Source: Sphyrna mokarran (taxonomy: Eukaryota). From it: 64,000 bases of DNA. The notes below the pieces were generated by a model. It was not told where the DNA came from, searched no databases, and was given only the letters and a program-made list of their open reading frames with translations. Position 1 is the first letter of the stretch, and each line of letters opens with the position of its first letter. Below, in pieces: positions 25,101 through 35,390 of the stretch. The stretch lies in contig JAGIQG010000016.1 in NCBI GenBank assembly GCA_024679065.1, positions 5,394,001 to 5,458,000 of the forward strand, given 5' to 3'. A program made the translations under genes and the position numbers.

Positions 25101-25439
25101 AGCATTTTCTGTTTCTGGTTAGTTTTATTATCGAACATGTTGCAGTTGTGTACCTGTCACAACACAGAGCGAGAGGAGAACATTACAAGCCTGTCTCTTA
25201 CTGTCAGCGCCTCTCCTGTGAGATGGGGTTGCCAGCAGAAATTAAGCTGCAGGATGTGTGAATAAAGAGGAAATGCTTATCGTGCATCAACATTTGAACA
25301 TAATGACAAAGCGGCAGTGGGGAAGAAAGCAGATGAGGTTTGTTGGGATAAAATTGAGAGGTCCCATTCTCCCTGAACGTTTCTCGATTCTATTTCTTGT
25401 AGAAACACAGGCGGATGATCCCAATGCAAAATAGCAGCA

Positions 25440-25479
25440 ATGGTTTGGAATTTAATTGTAATTCTCGCACTCCTCTGTG
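25440..25479 (+). CDS. Leader exon, copy L
   Basis: MVWNLIVILALLC+G followed by phase-1 donor G|GTGAGT. Confidence 0.8.
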
Positions 25480-25619
25480 GTGAGTTTCCAGCGCACAATT
25501 TGTTATTTGGGGTAGTTTTTGTTTCTGGAAAGTCCGTGTCTCTGCTCGTTAAATTCTGCTTGAAAACATCGGAAACTTTTCATTTTAGTTGCTTCATGTC
25601 ACGTGGGCTGGAAATATCA

Positions 25620-27245
25620 GTGTGTCAGTGTGAGTTGTGTTTGTGAGTGTGTGTATGTGTATGTGTGTATGCCATGTGTCTGTGCTTGTGTGGGAGTGTC
25701 TGTGCGAGTGTGTATGTGTGAGTGCGTGTGAGTCTGTTCATGTGTGAGTATATGTGTGCGAGAGTGTGAGTGTAAGTATATGATTGTGTAAATGTGTGTG
25801 TGAGAGTGTGTGTGCATGTGTGTGTGTGTGTGTGAGTGTGTGTGTATGTCAGTGTTTGTGTGTCAGTGTGTGTGGGTGAGTGTTAGGGAGTGTGTGACTG
25901 AGTGAGTGTGTTGCCTAAGTGTGCGTGTGTGTGTGTGAGAGAGAAAGAGAGAGAGAGAGAGAGAGTGTGAGTGTGTGTATGTGATTGTTTGTGTGGATGT
26001 GTGTGAGTGTGAACATGTGTGTATGGTGTGAGTGTGTGTATATATGGCTGTGTGTGAGTGAGTGTGTGTGTGTGTTGTGTGTGTGGGTGTGTGAGTGTGT
26101 GTGGGTGTATGAGAGTGTGCGCGAAGTGTGTGTGTATGAGAGTGTGTGTGTGTCTAAATGGGTGTGTGTGTGAGAGTGTGTGAGTGCGTGTATGTGATTG
26201 TGTGTGTGAGTGTGAATGTTTGTGTATGGGTGTGAGTATGTGTGTATGTGGGTTTGTGTGAGTGAGTGTGTGCATGTGTGATAGAGTGTGTGCATATGAG
26301 TGTGTGTATATATGTGTGTGTGTGTGTGAGAGAGAGAGAGAGTGTGAATGTGTGTATGTGATTGTTTGTGTGGGTGTGTGTGAGTGTGAACGTGTGTGTA
26401 TGGGTGTGANNNNNNNNNNNNNNNNNNNNNNNNNNNNNNNNNNNNNNNNNNNNNNNNNNNNNNNNNNNNNNNNNNNNNNNNNNNNNNNNNNNNNNNNNNN
26501 NNNNNNNNNNNNNNNNNNNNNNNNNNNNNNNNNNNNNNNNNNNNNNNNNNNNNNNNNNNNNNNNNNNNNNNNNNNNNNNNNNNNNNNNNNNNNNNNNNNN
26601 NNTGAGTGTGTGTATGGTGTCCATGTGAGAGAGAGTGTGTGGGTGTGTCTGGGTATGGGTGAGAGTGACTGTGTGGGTGTGTGTGTGTCAGAGTGTGTGT
26701 GTGTGCGAATGTGTATGTGTGTNNNNNNNNNNNNNNNNNNNNNNNNNNNNNNNNNNNNNNNNNNNNNNNNNNNNNNNNNNNNNNNNNNNNNNNNNNNNNN
26801 NNNNNNNNNNNNNNNNNNNNNNNNNNNNNNNNNNNNNNNNNNNNNNNNNNNNNNNNNNNNNNNNNNNNNNNNNNNNNNNNNNNNNNNNNNNNNNNNNNNN
26901 NNNNNNNNNNNNNNNNNNNNNNNNNNNNNNNNNNNNNNNNNNNNNNNNNNNNNNNNNNNNNNNNNNNNNNNNNNNNNNNNNNNNNNNNNNNNNNNNNNNN
27001 NNNNNNNNNNNNNNNNNNNNNNNNNNNNNNNNNNNNNNNNNNNNNNNNNNNNNNNNNNNNNNNNNNNNNNNNNNNNNNNNNNNNNNNNNNNNNNNNNNNN
27101 NNNNNNNNNNNNNNNNNNNNNNNNNNNNNNNNNNNNNNNNNNNNNNNNNNNNNNNNNNNNNNNNNNNGTGAGTGTGTTTTGTGTGTATGTGTGTGTGTGT
27201 GAGTGAGTGTGTGTGGGTAAGTGAGTGAGTGAGTGTGTGTGAGAG
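25620..27245. repeat. (TG)n-rich low-complexity tract with N gaps (paralog (CA)n at 56883-57397)
   Basis: Seen directly. Confidence 0.95.
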
Positions 27246-28972
27246 TCTATATAAAATGAAGATTATCAAATATGACAGTGACAGCCCATTTGGTCCCTTG
27301 TGTTTGCTTGATGTTATTTACTGATCTTTGAGCACAAACTTTAAACCACTTAATTAATGAATCTTGGAGATTTTGTTACTCACTGGGTCCACCAGTGCCT
27401 GTGGGTTTGGAAGGTGCTGCCTCAGGAGCCTTGGTGAGTTCCTGCAGTGCATCTTGTGGACTGTACATCCAGCTCCCACTGTGTGACGGTGGTGGAGGGA
27501 GTGAGTGAGTGTGGATAGGATGCCAGTCAAATGGGGTTGCTTTGTCCTGGATGATGTGTAGTCTTGAGTGTTGTTGGAAAATTGTGCTATTGGGTGAAAA
27601 TTCTGACATGCAGTTGCAGTGGCAAAAAATAAATGTCAAGTGATGGTCGTATGTCCTTAATCACAGATTTGTTACGATGCAGAAGGAGGCCATTCAGCCC
27701 ATCGTCCTATATCAGCTCAGCCAATCAGCATCATGACTTACTGCCATCCTCCTGTCTTTCCCTGAACCCCTGCACGCTGCTTCTATTCAATAATCATCTC
27801 ATACTCTCTCAAATTCCTCAATTGATCCCACCTCCACCGCACTTTGAGGCAGAACATTCCAGAACCCAGCCGCTTGCTGTGTGAAAAAATAACATCCCAT
27901 CTGCTTCTTTTGCCAATAGCTTTAGCAATGTGATGGGACAGTTCCTGGGGTTATCCTGGAAGAGACAAGGAGGCAGTAGCTCACTGCAGGATTATTTGGG
28001 CCCCTTTCAAGTCCTCGGTCGGGGGATGGTGTTTGAAGTACCATCAAAATCGGAATAGCAGAACACCATTTTCCGGGCACTTGCTGCTTTCCCACATCCC
28101 TACAATTTTCCCCCCTGAAATTCCATTATTTGCCCCATTGGGACAGCAGGGAGGCACAGTGGTTAAGCACTGCTGTCTCACAGTGCCAGGTACTTGGGTT
28201 CAATTCTGGCCTTGGGTGATTTTCTGTGCGGAGTTTTCCCTGTGTCTGGATGGGTTTTCTCCAGGTGCTCCCGTTTCCTCCCACACTCCAAAGATGTGTG
28301 GGTTAGGTTGATTGGCCGTGCTAAATTGATCCTAGCATCGGGGAATTAGCAGGGTAAATAAGTGGAGTTATGGGGATAGGACCTGTGTGGGATTGTGGTC
28401 GGGGCAGAATTGATGGGCCAAATGGCCTCCTTCTGCACAGTAGAGATTCTAAGATTTGACATGTGCTGGATAATGAAGCGATGCCCCATCAGTTGCTGCT
28501 CTTTGCTGCAGGAGAAGGGATTGGAAATGTACTCCAGAGACTGAGAGTATATTGCCCACTTTACCCACAGACCCTTGTCTCAGTGTTGCTGCATTTGTGT
28601 TCGATTCCAAGAAACCTGTGCAGGAATCCCCAGGAGAAATTGTTCTCCGTCGCCAGTATCTGTGGCGCTGTCATCACAGTATTCTCCAGCCTCGCCTGTG
28701 GCTGGGATTCTCCAGACCCGCTGCTGCGGACAGAGAGCGCCAAATTTTTCCATTCTCGCTGCCGAGAATTCTGATCAGTAATGCCTCCACAGTTTAGCAT
28801 GTCCCTTTTACTGATGTTGCCGGAGTGATTCTGTGCAGTTGCACTTCCGAAACTGTTGAGGATTTTGCTGCTTTAATGAGAGTTTGAACCTGAATTGAAA
28901 GTGAAACAGCTCCTGGAAAGTTTGCTAATGGACTCAATGCGAGTTGTTCTTGCAGTTACTGCCAGGTTACAG

Positions 28973-29263
28973 GGGTGACACTCACTGCTTTTGCTGGGAC
29001 AGACTTGCTACTCCCCTGCCAAGGAACAGGATACATCACAACATTAATGTACCTTGCCTGGAAGAGGATTATTGAAAAGAATGATATTGTTGTGCTCAGA
29101 CCTCAGAACGAGATAAACTTCCCAAATCCACATTATTCCAGTCTTCAGAAACAATTGGATGGATCCATTCTATTAAATTCTTTGCAAATGCAGGATATTT
29201 GTGAGATCTCTTCATTGTCTCAAAGAATTAAACAAAGAAAAATCATGAATTTGACAGTAATAG
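28973..29263 (+). CDS. Ig V-set exon, copy L (damaged)
   Basis: VTLTAFAGTDLLLPC...LAWKR...GSILLNSLQMQD[----]ICEI...MNLTV has the B-strand Cys, C-strand Trp and F-strand Cys. The in-frame phase-1 acceptor is at 28972; an alternative AG at 28955 is out of frame. Confidence 0.8.
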
Positions 29264-30093
29264 ATGTGTATTTTCCCAGGAGTGATGTTGAAGCGGAGGG
29301 TAAATGTAATAATCATACGGGCAGTGTATTAGACTCTGCATCCAGGTGAGAACTGAATACCTCTGCAATCATCATTAGAATATTGCTGCACCATTCTAGT
29401 GTTTGAATCCAGCCACGTTCTAGGTCAGACTTGTATCAGAGAGTTTGTAGTGAAATGTCTTGTTAGCAGTTGCTCAGTGGTTGTGAGTGGAGTGTGGGAC
29501 GGTGGCACAGTAGTTAGCACTGTTGCCTCACAGCTTCAATTGCTGGCTAGGGTCACTGTCTGTCTGGAGTCTGCACATTCTCTTCCTGTCTGCGTGGGTT
29601 TCCTCCAGGTGCTCTGGTTTCCTCCCACAGTCTGAAAGACCTGCTGGTTAAATGCATTGGCCATGCTAAATTCTCCAAACAGATGCCGGAGTGTGGCACC
29701 TCGGGGATTTTTCACAGAAACTTCATTGCAATGTTAATTAAACCTATTTATGACCAATAATTAATTTTAGGGTTATTTTAAAATGGATTGATTAGCCTTC
29801 TCCCATTACCGGGACTGACATTCTGCAACAGAAATGTGTTAGTACGCCTTATTCCTTGCAGGAATACAAAGGAAAATGGTGAATGTGAGGCCTGTAGGAG
29901 TGTATTCCCCCCGGAATATTGAAGGTTTATCTGTAGTGATGCCTAACAATCCTGTATTGGTGTTGGGGATGTGGATGACACAAAAAATAAGTGGGAAGCT
30001 AAGTGGTTCGCACAACTGCTTCGCACCTCCAGGGACCTGAGTTTGATTGATTCCCTGCTTGGGTCACTGTCTACGTGGGTTTCACCTGGGGAG

Positions 30094-30125
<32 letters not shown>

Positions 30126-31744
30126 AAGCATGGGGGGATGCTCCTGTTTCTTTTCACAGTCCAAAGAATTGAAAATGTGCAACACTTCTTCTTGCTAATA
30201 GCTGCGGGGGGTGGCAGAGAACAAATTCACATCAGTGTCAATGATGCAACATTCATCCCACAGAGAGCAGAATCCCTGCAGAAGGAGGCCATTCAGCCCA
30301 TCTTCATTGACAACAATCCCGCTCCAGCCCCTATCCCCACAAATTTACCCCACTAATCCCTCCAACCTACACATCCCAAGGTAATGTGGGCAATATGGTG
30401 TGGCCATTTGGTCTACCGAGGGGATATAACCAGGTTAAGTGAGTGGGCAAAATAAACTTGGCTGACGGATTGCAATGTAGGGAAAATGTGGAGTTACGCG
30501 CTTTAGTAGGGAGAATAAAGACACTTAATATTATTCAAACAGAGAAAGATTGCAGGAAGCTTCAGTGCAGAGGGATCTGGGAGTCCTAGTGCATAAATCA
30601 CAAAAAGCTTGCGTGCAAGGTGAGCGGGTGATAAAGAAGGCAAACGGCATTTGTTTCAAAGGGAATAGAGTGTAAAAATAGGGAAGTCTTGCTAAAACTA
30701 TATAAGGTATTAGTTAGACCACACTAGGAATACTGAGAGCTGTTCTGGTCCCCTTATCTAAGGAAACATATACTGTCATTGGAGGTAGTTCAGATACAGT
30801 TCACTGGGTAGATCCTGGGCAGGGAGGGATTTCCTTATAAGGAGAGGTTGAGTGGATTGAACCTGTGCTCATTGGAGTTTAGAACATTGAGAGGTGACCT
30901 TACTGAGACATATAGGGGGCGATTCTCCCATTCCGACATGCTAATTTTTTTGGCCGCGGATGGGGTCGGAGGATGTGTGTGTGAGCCGATTCATGGATAC
31001 ACGCGTGCGTTCCCAACTCATGCATGTCTCCAGTAAGTATGAGCCACACAGGAAACTGGCGGGGATACTTCAGTCTATTTTTAATGCGATTCAGATGTAA
31101 TTATTAGGCCGGAGGCTGAATTTTCCAGGCCTGATAGCGTCTCCCACTCTGTCAATACAAATTCACTCCAGCAGGGTTTAGAGCAGCTGGGGAGAAGAGG
31201 GGGTCACCCGGGGCGTGGGAGTGTGTGGGGGGGGGGGGGGGGGGGGGGGGGATGTTGGTTGGCAGGGAGTGGTGCCTCCCCCCCCACCGTGTATAGGCAC
31301 CCTGGCAGGGTAAGCCTGTGCCTGCTGGCAATGCCCCAGAGAAAAAGTGCCCATGCAGACGGGGCTCCTTGGCACTGCCCGTCTGGCATTGGGTCTTGGG
31401 CTGGTCAGCAATCGAGCTGGGCAGCAAACTGCAGGCTGGCTGTTCGGGGCCACTGCGCGTGGGCAGAGTCCCAGAACTGTCAGATTCCGGTGTTTCGGAT
31501 GAGAGAGCATAATCTCAGAGTAAGAAGTCACCCGTTGAAGACACAGAAGAGGAGAAATTTCTTCACCCAGAGGGGAGTGAATCTGGGAATCTAGACAAAT
31601 TTTTAGCACTAAGGGTAAAGGATGTTTCTAGATTATAAACAATCGCATTACTTATTATTTTCCTGCTCATTTCTTTGGTTTTCCAATGTCTTCTTCCTTC
31701 TTTTCTCACTTTCCCAGTTTTTGTTTCTCTCTCTTCCAGACCAT

Positions 31745-32003
31745 AGGGCTTGTGTCTGCGGGAGTTTACGCGTTCTCCCCGTGCTTGCGTGGGTTTTCTC
31801 CGGGTGCTCCGGTTTCCTCCCACATCCCAAAGATGTGCTCTTAGGCTAAAAACTTCTCCCTAAATTATCTCAAATTTGGTTTTTAATCCATAGATCTATA
31901 AACATAGACAGGGATCGCGGGTAGAGGTGGGAACATTGGGGTGGCGGCGCGGGCTCGTTGGGCCGAAGGGCCTGTTTCCTGTGCTGTTTTGTTCCTTGTT
32001 CTT
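31745..32003 (+). mobile_element. Heavily 5'-truncated copy of the V-domain CR1 3' UTR
   Basis: Matches 9345-9600 from GGGCTTGTGTCTGCGGGAGTTT to the TTTGTTC tail; no tRNA head. Confidence 0.85.
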
Positions 32004-32119
32004 TATACATTGGGTTATTTGACATTTGAAATATTGATCTGTTTCATGTCTCCGTTCTATGTTAATGACAAGACTATTGAAACTGACATTGAATTGATTT
32101 TTTGTTAATCTCCCCCAAG

Positions 32120-32741
32120 TAATTCCCATCAACACAGCGATAACAATTCCCGCAACAGTTGACCTTTCAGAAGTGCTTGTGGCAAAATATGTTTCAGTAA
32201 AAGCGAACCCTCCAAACGGGATCAGAATTATAGACCCTACAGTGCAGAAAGAGGCCTTTCAGCCCATTGAGTCTGCACCGAACGCAATCCCAGCCTGGCC
32301 CTATCCCCATCCCCCTACATATTATACCCACTAATCTCCCTAACCTACGCATCCCTGGATACTAAGGGGCAATTTCTTAGCATGGTCAATCAACCTAACC
32401 TGCACATCTTTGGACCGTGGGAAGGGACCGGAACACCCGAGGGAACCCATGCAGGTGAATGTGCAAACTCCACACCCAGTGACCCGAGCCAGGAATCGAA
32501 CCCAGGACCCTGGAGCTGTGAAGCAGCAGTGCTAACCACTGTGCTGCCATCAGGTGGATTTCCAATCTCCGTGGAAACTATACAACAACCCAGGTCAAAA
32601 GCGGCAGTGGAACAACAACTGTCACCAGCCTGTATAAGATGGTACCCACTCATTCCACTAATGGTCAAGAAGTGACTTGTGTTGTCTCCCATCCAGCATC
32701 GCGTGGCAACATTACATTCACAAGGAAACTATCCATCCTCT
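32120..32741 (+). pseudogene. Nectin-type C-domain exon, copy L, interrupted by a SINE
   Basis: Removing 32226-32553 leaves a 294-nt open phase-1/phase-1 exon: IPINTAITIPATVDLSEVLVAKYVSVKANPPNGIRWISNLRGNYTTTQVKSGSGTTTVTSLYKMVPTHSTNGQEVTCVVSHPASRGNITFTRKLSIL, ending T|GTAAGT. This resembles the nectin domain-2 motifs VAxCxSxxGxPP..W and GTxTVxSxYxLVP. Confidence 0.85.
32226..32548 (-). mobile_element. HE1-type V-SINE inserted into a coding exon, TSD ATCAG
   Basis: ATCAG at 32221-32225 and 32549-32553; absent from the paralogous exon at ~52825. Confidence 0.92.
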
Positions 32742-33074
32742 GTAAGTCTCCTGTACAAAGTTTAATCCAATTAGAGACACACTGTAGCAAACTCCTGCTC
32801 AATTGGAACAGGATTAAATTTATCTCATTGAGTTTCCGGGTATCTGCAACAACAGGGTTTCTGAGATGTTCGGAACGAGGGGTTTTGTTTGATTTCACCA
32901 TCCGTCCATTTGTAAACCCCATCTGAATATATTAAATATGTCAAAGACTAACATATTGTTCCAGAGCACAGATTTAAGCAAATATCTGGTGGGTGTACAG
33001 TTATTAAATCACTCGTTTGCAGAAATTCAAGGTTACTTTAACTTTGGCCAATTTGGTCTCATGATAAAGGGCAG

Positions 33075-33825
33075 GTTACATTGGCGCCACACAAATGTCA
33101 AGCAATGACCATCACTAATAAAAGACCACTTATTGCCATTCAATGAGTTCCCCACTGTCAACATCCTTGGGGTTACCATTGACCAGAAACTCAACTGGAT
33201 TCACCGCATAAACACAGTGGCTACAAGACAGATCAGAGGTTGGGAATACTGCAATGGTTAACTCACCTCCTGACTCCTCAAAGCCAATCCACCATCAACA
33301 AGGCACGAGTCAGGAGTGTGATGGAACACTCCCCACTTACCTGGATGGGTGCAGCTTCCAACAACACTCAAGAAGCTTGACATCTTCCAGGACAAAGCAG
33401 CCCCGCTTGATTGGCACCACATCTACAAACATTCAATCCCTCTACCACCGACACTTAGTAGTAGCTGTGTGTACTACCTACAAAATGCATCACAACAATT
33501 CACCAAAGATCCTTAGATGGCAACTTCCAAAGGTGATCACTTCCTCCTAGAATGACAAGGGCAGCAGTTACAAGGGAACGCCGCCATCTGCAAGTTCCCC
33601 TCCAAGCCACTCACCATCTCGTAATGGAAATATATCAGCCATTCCTTCGCAGTCGCTGGATCAAGTTCCTGGAATTCCTTCCCTAACAGCATTGTGGATT
33701 AACGCACAGAACATGGATTGCAGAGATTCAAGAGGGCAGCTCACTGCCACCTTCTCAAAGGCAACTAGGGATGGGCAATAAATGCTGGCCTAACCAGCGA
33801 TGCCCATTTCCTATGAATGAATAAA
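33075..33825 (+). mobile_element. CR1/L2-group LINE 3' portion, partner of family B SINEs (paralog ~50288-51600, -; other copies ~45470-46090 and ~58250-58920)
   Basis: Codons for NILGVTIDQKLNW...KARVRSVME...LKKLDIFQDKAA; tail GGGCAACTAGGGATGGGCAATAAATGCTGGCC. Confidence 0.75.
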
Positions 33826-34126
33826 TAGAATGTTTTGCATTGGGAAAATTGCTATATCAATGCAGCAGGCTGTTCTAGTGCGGAATGGACTAGAGAGCAC
33901 AGTTATCTGAACACATTTTTCAAAAATTCATTGATGGGATGTAGGTGGATGAGTGTTTATTACCCATCCCTTACAATCCCTTCAGGAGGTGGTGTTTGTG
34001 GAAGTCACACTTTTCAGGAGACCTGTTAAACTCTTGCTTCCTTTGTTATTCAAACACGCAGGGGTCATTCAAGATCAAAAATGATCACTTTTTACTATTT
34101 AGGCATTGTATAGTTAGTAACTACTT

Positions 34127-34868
34127 TAACAGCATCAGACCCAAGAGGCGACCACAAGGAAGCAAGGTTATGATTAGAATCAGTGCAGCCAAGCAAAAGA
34201 ACCCCAGCATAGCTTCAGCACTGACTGAATACTTAGAAATTAAGCTTGCTGAACTTGCAGGCAGCGCTGAGGATAACTGGGAATGTTTCAGGAATGCTAT
34301 CCTTACATCTGCCCTGAAGATAACTTCCAGGACAGCGTTGCTGGAATCAGCCTCAAGTACAGAGTGGATGGGAAGTTCTACAACCTGCGGAGATTTTCAA
34401 GCTATTACCAAAGTGAAGGAGACCGTTCTGAGAGATTTCCTCTTTGCCAGTGACTGCGGTGGGCAGGTCATGTTATCCGTATGCCAGACAAGTGCATACC
34501 CTTTTTTGGAGAACTCTCTGCTGAAAGACGCTGGCACAGAGGGCAGGAGAAGCATTAAAAAGACTCAAGGCCTCCCCAAAGTTGCTGGACATAGACACGA
34601 CCACCTGGGATAAAACCGCCCTACCTGGCGCTACCTCATCAGCAAGGACCGTCAAGCTCACGAAGCAAGGTCCATTGCTCAAGCACAACTTAAACATGAG
34701 CTGCACAAGTCCAGAGCCACCAGCACAACACAAGTATCTACACAAGTCTGTCCAATATGTGCCAGTACAATCCGTGCCCGAATTGGCCTGATCAGTCACC
34801 TTTGGACACACCGCAGCCAAAATGGCTAATGGTATCAAAGTCCTCATCGATGACGATGGACGAACAAC
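34127..34868 (+). mobile_element. Internally deleted RTE-clade LINE, left arm only
   Basis: Codons for GISLKYRVDGKFYNLRR..AITKVKETVLRDFLFASDC, then directly GQVIRMPD and LDIDTTTWDKTAL. Decayed ~15-bp TSD at 34112-34126 and 34869-34883; empty site at ~49725. Confidence 0.75.
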
Positions 34869-34977
34869 AGTTAATTACTGTTCCCTGTTGCTGCGGCCAC
34901 TGCTACAAATGCACAAAGTTGGATTTTTTGCTACACTGAGGGCACTGACTACACGAACGCAATGATTTCTCCCATAG

Positions 34978-35070
34978 AGCCACCGATAGTGACCACGATG
35001 GTGAAAAGTGTGTTATCCTCAGATGTGTCGCAAAAGCCAATCCTCCGGCAAGAACCTATTCTTGTTAAGG
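34978..35070 (+). pseudogene. First half of third Ig domain exon, copy L
   Basis: Acceptor CCCATAG|, then xPPIVT and (frameshifted) VILRCVAKANPPARTYS, donor |GTAAGT; similar to nectin domain 3 LxCxAxANPPAxxYxW. Confidence 0.7.
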
Positions 35071-35164
35071 GTAAGTATGTGCTGAATCCTTTGAGAATTT
35101 CACTGTGTAAATTTCCAAACTTGTGGAGGCAGTGGATGGCTCAGAATTGTGATGTACGCATTAA

Positions 35165-35390
35165 ACATCACACAAATGCACAATTGTAAGGTAGTGGTTA
35201 AGGCTCACATTCCAACCATTGCAATTGTGCCTTTGTCTATATTTACCGTGTTTGTGAAACCTACCCCTCCACTCACCTGATGAAGGAGCAGCACTCTGAA
35301 AGCTCATGATAAACCTGTTGGACTTTAACCTAGCGTTGTGAGACTTCTTAATGTGTCCACCCCAGTCCAACGCAGGAATCTCCACATCAT
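35165..35390 (+). mobile_element. Penelope-like terminal repeat fragment (paralog ~49195-49415, -)
   Basis: CACCTGATGAAGGAGCAGCACTCTGAAAGCTC...AAACCTGTTGGACTTTAACCT...CCAGTCCAACGC...CTCCACATCAT. Confidence 0.75.

Larger units (their letters stand above)
25440..35070 (+). pseudogene. Nectin/PVR-like Ig-superfamily receptor pseudogene, copy L (leader, V, C and first half of third Ig domain; truncated)
   Basis: Exons 25440-25479, ~28956/28973-29263, 32120-32741 and 34978-35070. Lesions: 12-nt deletion of EGMY, V donor GT>AT, Cys>Tyr plus a SINE insertion in the C exon, and frameshift/stop in exon 4. No TM exon found. Confidence 0.8.

Noticed and set aside
25261-25280. PU.1-like AAAGAGGAAATG upstream of copy L, altered in copy R
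   Set aside because: A single short motif; too weak to call regulatory divergence.
25617-27269. His/Thr- and Val/Cys-rich ORFs (also 56812-57502)
   Set aside because: Translations of TG/CA microsatellites and N runs.
33945-34613. 222-aa ORF as a novel gene
   Set aside because: Chance open frame crossing unique intron sequence and the RTE fragment in mixed frames.
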